Below, piece by piece: positions 51,427 through 64,000 of a stretch of 64,000 nt of DNA. Under the pieces are notes generated by a model. That model was not told where the DNA came from. It searched no databases and saw only the letters and a program-made list of their open reading frames with translations. The stretch is from Oculina patagonica. Lineage: Eukaryota. Position 1 is the first letter of the stretch, and each line of letters opens with the position of its first letter. The stretch spans positions 12,524,001 to 12,588,000 of the forward strand of contig NC_135760.1 of assembly GCF_052425735.1 (NCBI RefSeq). Reading direction: 5' to 3'. The position numbers were made by a program, and so were the translations under genes.

Positions 51427-52496
51427 CTAATGGATGAACTGAAGTTGAGTTTACAGGCCCAACTAACAGCATTTTGTACGTTACAACAACAACAACACAA
51501 GTTCAAGTTAATAAATAAATTGTACAATATTATTGATCTTTTACCCAATTCTTTGGGATTTATTCTGTGTTGAATAACAAGCAAAGACAGCAAATATCAG
51601 TTAAATTATTTTTTTATTATTTGTTTTTTTTGTTACAAGGAATATTTCAGCAAACTTACATGTACTAATTGACTGTACAGAATATTTTAATTTTCCAGCT
51701 GCAGTCTACTTTAATTTTTTTGTATTTGAATGCTATCTTTATATCTTGGGGATTGTACAGTTTAATACAAATTGTTACTCTATCCAACTTTTTTGGAAAA
51801 TGCATTTTTAGTGCATTTTTGGCACATGTTAATTTGTAAAATGTACTAAAATTACATGACGAAATTTAAAAAATTAATATCCATGTGTAGCAGTCTAAAC
51901 TTTGCATTTCAACATTGCTTCTTCTGAATTTAAAATGTATCTAACATCACTCTACAACCTCCACACATCACAACAGTCAGTAGAGTGACTTTATTTAACC
52001 CATGAAAAAACCTAATGTTCAATCGTTGAGCTGAATTGTCCAGAAGAAAACAATGGAATAAGTGTCTAATAGTATCTAATTGTTTCATGCATGTGTTAAA
52101 TAAAATCACTGCCTCTGTCAAAGTAACACAAACTACAAATTTCCCACAACAAATTAAAGATGGCAAAAGTTAAACAGAACCCAAAGTTTTTTTGGATATA
52201 GTAAATCCCATTTTGTGTCACATCACCGAAACAAAGCAGTTTAGGTACAACTTACTAATAAAATAATAGTAGTTCCCATTGATTAAACCAAAAGAAGTTA
52301 CCTCATTTTTGTCATATTACCAGGCCTACAGTGTATGTACAAGATCTGATACTAAATGTTGTACCAATAAACATGTTCTTTTGCTACTTAAGTAAACATC
52401 TAGAAATCTGTGTGAAATGTGAATAAACCACATCTCCAGCAGTTTTACATGTATTCTCTCTTAGAATGTGTACTCTTTCTAAAGCACAAACTATAT

Positions 52497-55400
52497 TTAA
52501 GCAGAAACCAATTCTTCATCTGAGTCATAATCACTAGAGTCAAGCTCCTCATCTACAACTGACTTGCGTTTTTTTGCTATTGACACTCCCAGGCCAATGA
52601 TGTATATCTGTTGAAATAGTTAAAATTACATCAGTGCCACATCAGCTAAATCTGATTGTTATTTGATGCAAACAATGTATATCAACTTTCAGATGTTTTG
52701 GTTGAGCTGTATAGGTTATAATCACACATAAAAATCCATACAAAGTTTCACAAGAATATAAAAAATTACTGCATGGCTTGGTACAATATTACTCAGAGAA
52801 AAAGTACTTTTACTGGTTATGTCCTGTTTGTAATGTCAAACCTGTTTCAATGACTTACCGCCAGAAAGAGCCATGTCCCCCAGTAATAGCAAGCACCAAA
52901 AAACCAAACTTTGTAGAAAAATCTGTTCAGGAACACAGCAGCACGAGTCATGGTACATACATCTAAACAAAGAAATCACAAAAGCTGTTAGAAGCTGTCG
53001 ACCTGCACCCAAAACTACGTTTTTATGCCCAAGGATTACTTTACACCAGCAAAGGCATGAGAAGTACAAGACCATATGAGCACTATTAGTCTCAAGGACG
53101 GGTGTAAGAATCAGAAAATTCTGAGTGCAATTTTCTTGCATTATCATACAGTAAGGAAGCAAGGTTTCTTGATTGCATTTCTCTTGCTAAGATTGAACTG
53201 CATTGTCCTTTTGGTTACAAATTTACTGCAGTTGCCAAACAACATGCTGTCCTCTGCAGTATTCATCATGCAGACATTTTTTGTTGTTTGGACTCCTGTT
53301 ACAATACATGTAACATGAAAATATACTGTAAACGCACCTTCAGGAGCATCAGTGGAGCAGACTTTTGTTTCAGTTGTTATAGTACCATTTCCAGGCACAG
53401 TACTGTTACTTATTGTAGTATTACCAGTAATGCTAGTAGGAGCTGTTTTACTGACCTGCAAGGAAAAGATTTTAATTACAGTGGAATATTTTCAACCCTA
53501 AATTACTGCCAGGAACTCAAATCTCCAAGACACCACAAATCCCAGAGGATTTTACTGGTTATATTTTTACACTGGTGTCTATGGGAGATTATGAGATTTA
53601 GTGTGGGTTTTACTTTTTATTTGATTTAAAAATAGGCTTTCAAACAACCTGAGGCAAAACCCAAGAATGCACAGCAGTACTCAAGAACATGCCATAAATA
53701 ACTTGGACTAGATGTCAGTAAATGCATTCAAGCATGCACAGTTGCTTAAGGAAGCCACTCTTGTGATTATATTTGTTGTAAAGTGCTTTAGAATATCACA
53801 TAATGAAAGCACTACATAAATTAATAAATTACTATTTATTGTTAGTAGGAACACATTTGTCCGTACCACGTCATTAACCTTTTTTGTATTTACTAATGGA
53901 GAAAACATTTTAAAGATGATTTTCAGATGGAGTCTATCAACAGTGGATTAACTGTAATGCTGAATTACCATGTAATGCTGGCTGCCGTATGTTACGTACT
54001 GAGGAGCCAACGTAAACAACATAATGTTCAAGAACAGCATGGTCAGCATCAACATCAGAATGAGGAACAGCAGAGCTTGTGGCATGGTTTTACGGGAACG
54101 TATTTTATACAGCTTTGAAAGTTCTGTGAGTCAAGGATGAAGCTAACTGAAGATATCATTGGCATGTAGAAATTAACTAATTTACTTGATAAACTTCAAG
54201 GATACTTTGATCCAACAGCATCGTATGCTGATTGCTCTGATCCCAGACATGGTGCAATAAAGAAAGTAAAGAACAATGGCCACAAACAAACAATAGTCCA
54301 GGGGAAAAACCTGAAAATAATATAAAAAATGTTTAGAAAATTGTATCTTTCAAGTGCCTAAGTACATGTAGTAATGTTCAAGTACTTCAATGGCTGATTT
54401 CCTCTATGGCATGAATCATGGTAGTTGTATTCATTAAACCATGCGCCAGACTTAGCAATGATGAATACATCTACTTTGATTCCCTGCAGGCGCACGCCAT
54501 AGAGGGAATCAGCCATTTTGGACAAATCAGATTTACCTACCCTCTGTGCATACACCATGACAATGTTAATGGGATTGGGAAGCTGAGATTTGGGAAGTGC
54601 ATAACCAAACTTGTACCCCAGTGAGTTCAGGGCTTTGTCCAAGCTGGAAAATAGAGCAATACAAAAATATAAATATATGAAGACCAAAAACCTATTTTCA
54701 ACCATTTCTTTGTTTAGTCAAATAGAGTGGTTTTCACTTGAGTGTCGAAAGTAATTTGCGTTTGCTTTGGTTTTGCGTTCACTACGCTTAGTGATTGGTT
54801 TAAAAATTTCGCGCCACTTTCTCGGCCAATCAGGAGTAAAACCAAAACCAATCGTGACTCGCTCGCGCACGTTTTCCCGCGCTTCGTGCCAACTACATGT
54901 ATTTGCTTCGAGTTTTGATTGGTTCACTGGATTGTCTGTTTCCTTTGTGATTGGCCAGAGTAATTACTTTGGTTTTGGTTTTACGACACTCAATTGAAAA
55001 CTGCTCTAAAAGAAATAGTAATTACCAAGTGAGAAAGAGGGAGACGGCAATGAGCAAACCAAGCAACAAGAAAAAAACACCAAATACAACTTCAAATGGA
55101 CGACAACACTTGAGGCATTTGTTGAGCCAGCCAAGGTTTGCTGCTTGCAAATGTCTCTCTCTTCTAACAAGCACTTGTTCCTCTCCTTCAAGCCGTGCAA
55201 GAATCCGTCGGTCATGACCGCTCATTGGACGACCATCCATGTACTTTGCTCGGATCATGCGAGCACGCTCTCCTACTGATTCACGTTCATGGCTGACCTC
55301 TGAGTGCTCCTTCTGGAAATATATGATAAGGACTAATAAATACCAAAATATATATATATTTTTTAATATTTTTTTTAAATTAATGTTCAAAGAAATTTGA

Positions 55401-58400
55401 AAAAACAACAGAGGGTGGAAAGGGCAAAGGAAGGGAAAGAGGTAGAAACAGGAGGGGGGGAGATAGAAAAGTAGAATGAGGGGCACAGCAAGGAGCAAAG
55501 GAAGAAATATAATTACAGAAGGCGATACCTTTGAGTTCTTAAATCCTTTCAGCATGGAGAAGGGCAAGGCAGTCATGCCATAAGCCTGAATGGAAAACAG
55601 TAAGACAAGTATTTAATTCAAGTTTAAATAAATAATGAATTCAAGAAAACCAGCTTGGAAAAAAATGATGTCGACTGAAAACCATATTCTCCAAACTAAA
55701 AATACAGAAAATGTATGAAGAATAGTTAAGGGAATATACTCACAGTGTAGGTAAGCATGATTACCATGCCAATAAAGGAAAGAAAGCCCATAAGCAATGA
55801 CAGAGCAGTTTCACCATCTGAAATAAATATTAACAAAAATTGTTACTTGCATGGTTGACATGTTAACAAAGTTTTCTTTCATTTTATCCGATGCAAAACT
55901 TCAAGTTAATGTCACTATTCATCAGAATAAAAATATCCATATAATGTAACGCAATGGCAACCGTGACAATAACAAAGCACGCAAATAAACTATGGCGTAA
56001 TAGAGGGGGACACAGCCCTGTGGCAGGTTAAACGCGACTTGAGGTAATGCACAAAAAATACAAGCCTCACCTATTCCCCCTACTAACATAGGGTAGAACA
56101 AGAGTATTGGCAGAGCCTTTCTTATCTCCCCAGCACCGCACGGGCTGGATCGGACAAGATTAAGGCAAGGCAATGAGATGGCAAGACACAAGCAATGCCA
56201 AAAGCTTGGGGGAAGTCGCTACGCAGACTTAACTGAACCACAAAAATTGACCCCAGTTTATTGACATATAAAATATAAGCCGCATAACACAAGCCTTCCC
56301 TACGGGAGGGAGGGTGGGTAAAAAACTTAATTGTTACAAAATGAACTGTTTTCGTGCAAAATCTGCCAGGACAATAGCCTGGGATATTGTTCCGCTGCTT
56401 TTATAGCAAGACAGTGTCTCAAAGTTCGACCAATAGGTAAGGTTGTACTATAAACTAAATAAACACGTGGCGAGCTACTCGCCATGAATAAAGCATACAA
56501 ACGCAAAGACCAATCCAAGTTAAGCTAAGATATATTTCTAGACAACATAACCGCGTAACAGCTCAAATATTAGACATGAAAGGCGTTTGTCCAAACTGCG
56601 TAAATAAGGGAACATTTATTCAAGAACAAGGCCTTGTATATTGAACTATATATCGTTTGTTGTCTAGGCAAATAATGCTAGATTGTGTGACAAACTGAAA
56701 ATAGGCTACAACTGAGCTGTCGTCATGTTCCATTAACTGCGTTTTACCGCACGGTAAAAGCGCGAGCAAACAAAAGTCTTCTTGTCAATGAATTATTTGC
56801 TTACTGTGAGTCTGCAATTCATCTTTTAAAAACAGAAGTTTCTTGTCCCACTTGGTTACGTTGTTAGGAGGCTTCTTTAGTGGTGCAAAGGCTCTGGAAA
56901 TGACGTTTATGAAGAATAATTAATCCATTAATTTTAATGTAATTTTTAACATGCTTATGGGTAACAAAATGTATTAAAACAGAGGACAGACACATCTGAC
57001 ATGACATGCATTGCCTCTTGTTACAGTCAAAATAGTCAGCGCGTGCTGCCTAATATTCCGGAATAGTTTTGATTAACGGCGAACGGATCACATTATTCGT
57101 TTCAAACATTCAAATTCAATTTGAATATTGTAAATCATCCAGCCGTAAACACACGAACCTGTCAAAAATTAACAATTGGATTGGTTCATTTTTGACAGGT
57201 TCACGTGTTTACGGTTGGATGATTTACAATATTCAAATTAAATTTGAATGTTTGAAACGAATAATGCAATCTGTTCGCGGGTAATCAAAACTATTCCGGA
57301 ATATTAGGCGGCATGCACTGACTATTTTCACTGTAATGCTCTGCTTGCTCAAAAATTTTACTTTGGTATCATAGAAAACAAACTTTACAATGTACCGGGA
57401 TGTCAATCTTTTTACATTTCATGTCTGCTGTAAGTCACAACAAAACTAAAACATTTTAATGCAAATTTATTCTACCGCACAACTGCACTGTCAAGTTTGA
57501 TGTACTGCAAGATCCCTATAACTAACATTACTGACAAGAAAATACACTTAAACTAGTGGTAACCACAGGTTAGAAAGTGCGGGCCTCGATGCAGTTAAGA
57601 GAAGGTACTGGGAGGGAAGTGTTTTTTGTTAGTTTGGAAAATTACTTCAAGTCGAAGTTTTTGGGAAGTTTTCCAGAAGCTGGCATAACTGTGGTCATGT
57701 GTGGTAATTGAGATTTCTTCTATAAACTACGGTTGTTTATCATTTGGGAGTCAATCCACCGAGAATAACAGTATCTCAATGTGTGCGAAATTATGATGAT
57801 TTTTTATGTGTTTGATACAGTCGAAGCTCTCGTAAGCGGACACCCTCGGGACGCGAAAAAAGTGTCCGTAACTGGAGCTGTCCGCTTACGAGAATGGTTC
57901 TCGTAAGCGGCCACTAGAGGTGTAGGGAAAAGATGGCCGCTTACGGGAGCTTGCCCAGCTAACAATAACCGGACGAACGTGGATGACGACAAAACAAGCA
58001 CTAAAATGTGGTCCTGTAATTACTGTAAAATCATTGTCACAAACGGCGACGTGAATTTGATTGATAATAACAGGATACAGAGGTTGTAAGTAGGATTTTC
58101 TTTCGGGTGTCCGCTTACGGGAGCTTAAAAACAAAGAAAAAGTCTAAGTCGTAATCTCTGAAAGTGTCCGCGGCCGGTTACGGGAATGTCCGCTTACGAG
58201 AATGTAAAAATACAGAGTTTGTATGGGAGTTAAAACGGGGTTTCAAACAAGGTGGCCGTAAGTAGAGCTGTCCGCTTACGAGAGTGTCCGTTAAGAGAGC
58301 TTTGACTGTACTACCAATCATATGTTGACAAGTTTGCCAAGTTTGTTTTCAATGGTGAATAAGCCAAAGTTTATCGATATTAAATTTTTCAGACAGTGTC

Positions 58401-59633
58401 GATAAATCACTGGACAAAAGAAAATTATTCCGAGTAAGGTCGAGTAACGCGTCACGCTTAAGTCACGAATGTTTTTTATCGTTTCCTATTGCCGTGAACC
58501 AATCAGTTGTTTTTTTGATTGACAGTTTTGCGAAGTGTAGTCGAGCACGCGGTGTGAATTGAGATGTGATTTTCCTTTGTCGGCAAACTCGCTTTGTTGT
58601 CAGTGTTATAAGGAATTTCTCGAGAATAACCGTTGTTGGAATCATTCGCTTTGCCGTAGTTTATCTGTGATACAATCACAGCAGATCTTCTCAAAAGCAA
58701 CACCTATAAAACAACGTCTGCAAAACGCAATGTCTGCAATCTTCCGACAGAAGCCTCATATATCACTCTTATATATCACTCTTGGAGACAAGATTTTTCT
58801 CTTCCGGTGTTACGACAAACTGTCGTGATTGACACATTTTTTGCATTCCAATCATTCTTAGTGGAAGAACAAAATTTTCAACTTCCGGTTTGCAGATAGT
58901 CTTTATAAACGTGGCGCGCACGCGTAATACGCAATCCGCTGGTCACTGTCAAGATTAGGGTTGCGGGCCTCTCTTGGGCCCGCAATAATAATAAATAGGG
59001 AAAATTAATTTTTGCAGGTGATTACACTGTAGGACTGCTGAATGAGTTACAGTATAGAATATTTGGTTCTTACCCAACAAGGAGAAGAACAACGGCAACT
59101 ATCAAAAACCCAATAGTGTACTTCAAAGCACCACACATCCTCTGTACATAACAAAAACAAAACTTTTTATTTAAGTGCAAGTCAAGTAGAATAACACAAC
59201 ACCTTTACAAAGAAGGTATAATAATTGTATTATATAAAAGGTTAGCTCCATATTGTCTCTCATATGTATTTACCAGACCTTAACCAACTAAACCAGATTT
59301 TTTTCTACCTTTGAAATTAAGATAAAATAGCAAAAGTTTGTTGAGTAATGATTATCATTGTAAAATTCATTAAATATTCATGAAGGTGCAAACCAATCCC
59401 AGCACAGTGTCCAGATCACATGTACACAACTGTAAACCCCAATACAAATCAAACAAGAGAATTAACTTTTGATACAAACTCCTGCTCAGCTAATTAGTAT
59501 TCATTAACTTTTAATACAGATCTCTACTGATTCGCATAACAATACTTTGCATTCAATTTATTGTTTTCATTTCACAAGTAGAATAAAATATTCGCGTCCG
59601 ATCTGTATGGCCGTTACAATGGCTCGCCATTGT

Positions 59634-59676
<43 letters not shown>

Positions 59677-61509
59677 ACATGTCATTAATTATTATTCCTA
59701 ACCTGTCCTGTTGTGACATCCTCATCTTTTTCTTCATAGTAAAAGTACATGAATGGTATGAGTACAAAAGCAAAGAATGCCACCAAGGAGTACAGCACTG
59801 TAAAATACAAATAAAAAAAATTATATTTGACAATTTTAAGTTTACTTATCTACTTCACATTTTTAGATGTTCTCTCCAAGAAAAACTAAATAAATGTAAG
59901 CAAATTCTTGAGGATCTGGCCAAAAACTGTAGCAGATGCCATTTCATTGAAATCCCTTAAGGGGGGAGGCAGAGGACTCCCATAAGAAAGGGATGGCGAT
60001 GCTTGTCACCACCTCAATACTAAAACAATACAACTTGTATATTTTTATTTATCCATACATACAAATATACGATGTTAAGTACCATAATATCCTACAGCAG
60101 TTGTGTCGGCAAAGTCATTTCTCACTGTCTTATCTGCACTCCACTCCTGTCAAACAAGGTAAAACCATTTTAGAGAGTGACAACTTTTTCACCAAGTTAA
60201 CTATCAATTGATTTTGAGTCAATATAGTTAATTACTCATCCTATATTAATATTTAAAACAAATGACATAAAAAGCTCTGGGCAAGCCTTGAAACATACAA
60301 TCGTCATGTTAGCTGTTTAAAACATTAACTGATTAAGGCCTATAGTTTACTAAGTTAAGCCTGGTTTTCACTAGCGACGGAAGCGCAAGCACAAGTGCAA
60401 GGATAACAGGTCTTATTTCACCGTGAAAACAGCTTCAACGCAAGCAAAAGTACAAGCGCATTGCATTTTGGTGCTTGTGCTAGTGCTTGCGGCAAGCACA
60501 AAACACAAGGGTAAAAATTTTTCCTTTTTGCGTGATTGCGCTTATGTTTGCGTCACTAGTGAAAACCAGGCTTTAGGAGTCATATAAACTTTCCCCTGTG
60601 TCAGCTAGTTTTACAGCATACCTTCCAAGTTCCATCTGCATTTTTCATGTATGAAACCAAGAAAATGTCCACAGGAACAAGGGCAATAGTAAGCAATGTG
60701 ATGGCAAGGGCCACAATACCAGTCAGTGTGGAGGACACTTCTGACTGTGCATGATCTTGATAAAAACGGATGTAGAACCACGAGAAAATAAACGTTAACT
60801 GTTGGCAGAGAACAAAATATACAAGATTAGGGGTCAAGTTGGTATCTTGGTGTTAATGTGCAAATCAAACTTGGCTAAAGAGTACATCAGGGCTATCATT
60901 AAGGGCCATAACCCGTAATACACCAACTGGTGTTATGTTACACTTACATATAGAACGAAATGCTACGGGTGATAATGCCAATGTGACAGCTGCTTAACAG
61001 CCCTGGTACATGTACCAGGCCTCTAGCTACATTGTATCAATAATGTCTCTAATGAACAAATCTTGTTGAAGCTGAGGCCATTTTCAATTCTCCAGTAAAT
61101 ATTTCTAAGCTGCTAGCCTTGCAGTTGGTCTTATTATTATGCTGGCTAATTTAATAAACTGCAGTCAACACTTATTTTACATATAACTTAAGCTAAAGCC
61201 ACTTACTCTAACAATAACATAGCAAGACTCTTAGCCTAAGTAACAGTTGACGGATGATTATTACACAATTGTACACACACTGAAATTAAGCTGTAACTGG
61301 TTTCTCTTAATACAGGTGAAAAACAAAAAGTGACCTGAACATAAAGTTTAAAGTTAAGATCCAATACGTCAAATGTAATTTTAAGCTAAGCCCGTCATGT
61401 GACAAGAGATGTCACTGCACAAATTAAACTTATAATGCGACATACTAACCACCACAACAACTGTAAATGGTATCCAGCCATATGCTAGCACCTCCTGAGG
61501 GATAGCCAT
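52497..61509 (-). CDS. LMBRD1: Lysosomal cobalamin transport escort protein LMBD1 (LMBR1 domain-containing 1), ~551 aa
   Basis: Exons (-): 61509-61450, 60798-60622, 60146-60083, 59797-59703, 59141-59074, 56893-56805, 55817-55744, 55585-55529, 55312-55026, 54643-54541, 54310-54206, 54112-53969, 53455-53338, 52962-52859, 52607-52497 (1656 nt). Motifs GWIPF, ALVPVDIFLVSYMKN, IPFMYFYYEEKDED, YTAYGMTALP, VFPLDY, LAPQYVTYGSQ, KVWFFGACYYWG. Confidence 0.95.
54722..55007. mobile_element. MITE with palindromic body in a LMBRD1 intron
   Basis: TIR TAGAGTGGTTTTCACTTGAGTGTCG / CGACACTCAATTGAAAACTGCTCTA, with internal CCAATCA/TGATTGG motifs. Confidence 0.85.
57024..57333. mobile_element. Fully palindromic MITE with TA target duplication (Tc1/mariner-pogo type)
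   Basis: TA|CAGTCAAAATAGTCAG...CTGACTATTTTCACTG|TA. The arms of ~150 bp are near-perfect inverted copies. Confidence 0.9.
57553..58988 (-). mobile_element. Non-autonomous Helentron/HINE-like rolling-circle element
   Basis: Minus strand: 5' TTGCGGGCC-N7-GGCCCGCAA (58961-58985); 3' subterminal AGGCCCGCA (57578-57586), then hairpin TAACC-N3-GGTTA, then terminal CTAG followed by TT. Confidence 0.65.
57818..58308. mobile_element. pogo/Tigger-like MITE nested in the Helentron-like element
   Basis: TA|CAGTCGAAGCTCTCGTAAGCGGACAC ... GTGTCCGTTAAGAGAGCTTTGACTG|TA, with multiple internal GTCCGCTTACG motifs. Confidence 0.9.
60358..60572. mobile_element. PIF/Harbinger-like MITE
   Basis: TIR AGCCTGGTTTTCACTAGCGACG / CGTCACTAGTGAAAACCAGGCT, TSD TTA on both sides. 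Termini are related to the 37325-38066 element. Confidence 0.9.
60888..61005. mobile_element. hAT-like MITE, 6-bp TSD
   Basis: CAGGGCT...AGCCCTG flanked by GTACAT on both sides. Confidence 0.65.
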
Positions 61510-61637
61510 CCCTTGTTCTTTTAGGATGATTTAATGTTCTTTTCACGTCCTTAAACTTATTATAAAATACAAAGAAAAGTTAATTCCAATGCTACGAAAT
61601 TTCCACACAAAAACAAAATCTTTCTCCTGTAATTCGT

Positions 61638-61660
61638 GATGCATTGTGGGTAATTTGTAA
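61638..61660 (-). promoter_or_regulatory. ZNF143/Staf-type binding site upstream of LMBRD1
   Basis: Minus strand reads TTACAAAT-TACCCACAATGCATC, matching the TACCCACAATGCA core, ~130 bp upstream of the ATG. Confidence 0.55.
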
Positions 61661-61689
61661 CTCGGGTCCAGTGTTTTATTGTTTCTGGC

Positions 61690-63314
61690 GGTCGCAGTGA
61701 TCTTGGCATCCCCCAATTTTAGGCACCCCCGTACCAAGATCCCTAGTGATCTTGGCATCCCCTCAGGGGATGCCAAGATCACTAACAGCGTTGAATACAG
61801 CAGACTGGGGGGCAAGTGAAGCAAACCACAATTTTGTCTTCATAAATTTAATCGTTCTTAGCAAACAGTATTGACGACTTCGCAAATATTCGCAAAGCTA
61901 AACAACCGTTTGATTCAAGTCCGCGTAATTATTCTTAAAACCTGTTAACACCGAACCACGCGCCGAAATCCCTTATACCGGCTAACCTTTAATATTTAAT
62001 ATTCCTGGTTTGAATGCTTGTTGCTAGCTATAGTCTATGTAACATGGTCGAATCTGTACCTCAGAATACTCAAGGAGGGAATACCTATATCACTAGGAAC
62101 GATTTACTGTGCTTACTTGTTCAGTTACATGTAAAGTATAGGTAATTCTCTTTTCATTAAAGGTATAGTAGTTCGTTCTTTGTGAGAATTTTTTATTTGT
62201 CTACCCTACATTTTTTGTCTGTACCTTAGTTTAGTTTACGGCGTTCGATTTTCTACAAAAGGGTATCGATAACTGACATATTGGAAGGGGATACCCATAT
62301 CACTAGGGATTTAGGTATCCCCCCAAATTCTCTCTCCTTACCTTTTTTTTTTTACCGTTTGAACGCTTTTCGTCTATTTAACCTACTTTTCATTTCTCTT
62401 GGTAAATTCTCTCTTCATCATACTCATCAGAGACATTGTAGTAGGACGGGATACCCATATCCAATATCACTAGGGATTTCGGTATCCCCTGATCCCCAAT
62501 ATATCTCTCTCGCCTGACGTTTTGATATGTCTTGTCCTTACCACGTTTTCAACGTTCGAGATTTTCTTTATTCATCTTTGTGCCTTGGCTGTTCGTTGTA
62601 CTCTTGGGACGATGATCAAATACCTATAATCACTATGTGCAGGAGTAAAGGTCATTACGTTATCCCAATAAACTACGTCTTCTTTGTTTACACATACCTG
62701 TTTTATTTGTCACTTAACTATATTGTTAATAACGATACAAATAAAAGGGATTAGTTCACATGGAATAAATGAGCATTTAATAAAAAAATAAAAAAATCTT
62801 TGGTCTAAGGTTATTAAAATCTTTGACAGACTCGAGAGGTCAATTTTCACAGCCTGGTGATTGCATTCATATCGAGTTTCTATTGCGTGACAGTCCTTTG
62901 TCGGTTTCTTGATCAAGCATTTTCGCATGTGAAATTTTCATCCACCGAGCAAATTGGAATCTCTTACAATCGTTTATGTTTGAAATATTAACCTGCCTTG
63001 AAAAGTTTATCGATAAGCACCATGTGCGTGTTAGTATAAGGGATTCCGGCGCGTGATTCGGCTTTAAGAATAATTGCGCGGACTTGAATCAAACCGACAA
63101 ACGGTTTGTTTTCCTTTGCCAATATCTGCAAAGACGCTAATATTGTTTGCTAAGAACGATTAAATTTACGAACAAAGCTTTGTGATAAAGCAAAATGGTC
63201 TTTGAGTGGAATTTTGGTTTGCTTCACTTGCCCCAGTCTGCTGTATTGGACGCTGTTAGGGATCTTGGTACGGGGGTGCCTAAAATTGGGGGATGCCAAG
63301 ATCACTGCGACACC
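61690..63314. mobile_element. 1.6-kb non-autonomous DNA transposon with ~290-bp TIRs
   Basis: GTCGCAGTGATCTTGGCATCCCCCAATTTTAGGCACCCCCGTACCAAGATCCCTA is inverted at the right end. Inverted similarity runs ~61691-61980 versus ~63034-63311. Internal GGGATACCCATATCACTAGGGAT repeats. Confidence 0.9.
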
Positions 63315-63457
63315 TGTCAGCGGGTCACGGTCGTGTCTGAACTCAGGCCCCGGTTGTTGAAAACCGTGCCATCAGCCCTGTTAGGGGTTTTTGGGATAAG
63401 GGATAACAGGAAAAATAATTTTAGGGATAAAGGATAACGGGAAAAATAGTTAAGGGA

Positions 63458-64000
63458 CTAGTTATAATCATGGATTAGCGGAGTGCGTTCGAGACAATTT
63501 TGTGTGCCTTTTATTCGCCCACTTTACACGATTGACCTCCAAAGACGCGAACACAAGCACATCGAAGAACATGGACAACTACGTTGTCTATGCGCATCCT
63601 TACTGCGCACGTAATTCATGTCGTAATAATTAAGCGCGCGCTGATGGTCGCCGTTGCGTTCACTTCGCTTGCAGCTTTTAAATAGCCGGTAACCCCCAAT
63701 TGTATTACATTTCTGACATGGCTAACTCATAATTTCACAGCGGTGAAAGTTTTACAAAAAAGTCAATGTGGGAAGATTTTCGCGCGGACGTACTTAACTT
63801 CAAAACGACACACGAAATGACTCACTCGATTTCCACTTTTTTCGAGTTCGATGGCTGACTTAACTCTACTTCCCTGGATGATATGCTTCCCATGACATTT
63901 TCGGTATTATTTTAACTTCGGGTACTACACGTTCCACGCATTAATTTTGTTTACACAAAAAATGCAAATTCGATGCCATTTTGATATGCATGAGATTGAG
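63458..64000 (-). mobile_element. Probable 3' end of a second Helentron-like element, running off the window
   Basis: CTAG-TTA-TAATC-ATG-GATTA-GCGGAGTGCG parallels CTAG-TGG-TAACC-ACA-GGTTA-GAAAGTGCG at 57553. Confidence 0.45.

Noticed and set aside
55945-56338. Possible solo LTR (TGTAAC...GTTACA)
   Set aside because: The flanks TATAA and AAATG give no target-site duplication and there is no second copy in the window.

Overview
Intron-rich, AT-rich eukaryotic (animal) genomic DNA. The repeat families and gene content suggest an anthozoan cnidarian, probably a stony coral; this is inference. I spliced nine protein-coding genes by hand with phase-consistent GT-AG junctions. In order they are: the 5' part of ARFGEF/BIG (-), a 26/29-kDa-type papain-family protease with a ~410-aa C-terminal extension (-), two tandem secreted CAP/SCP genes (-), an intronless propeller-like/SOCS-box gene (-), a short CALHM-like gene (+), a two-finger C2H2 gene (-) head-to-head with PRIM2 (+), and LMBRD1 (-). 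The window also holds a frameshifted CR1/L2-type LINE with a 2A-like motif, tRNA-derived repeats, and many MITEs (Harbinger-, Kolobok-, pogo/Tc1-, hAT- and Helentron-like). The most unusual pattern is that three separate ARFGEF splice junctions are each amplified as tandem repeats: a 42-bp donor array, a 66-bp in-frame acceptor triplication and a ~90-bp degenerate donor repeat. No rRNA, true tRNA gene or CRISPR array was found.
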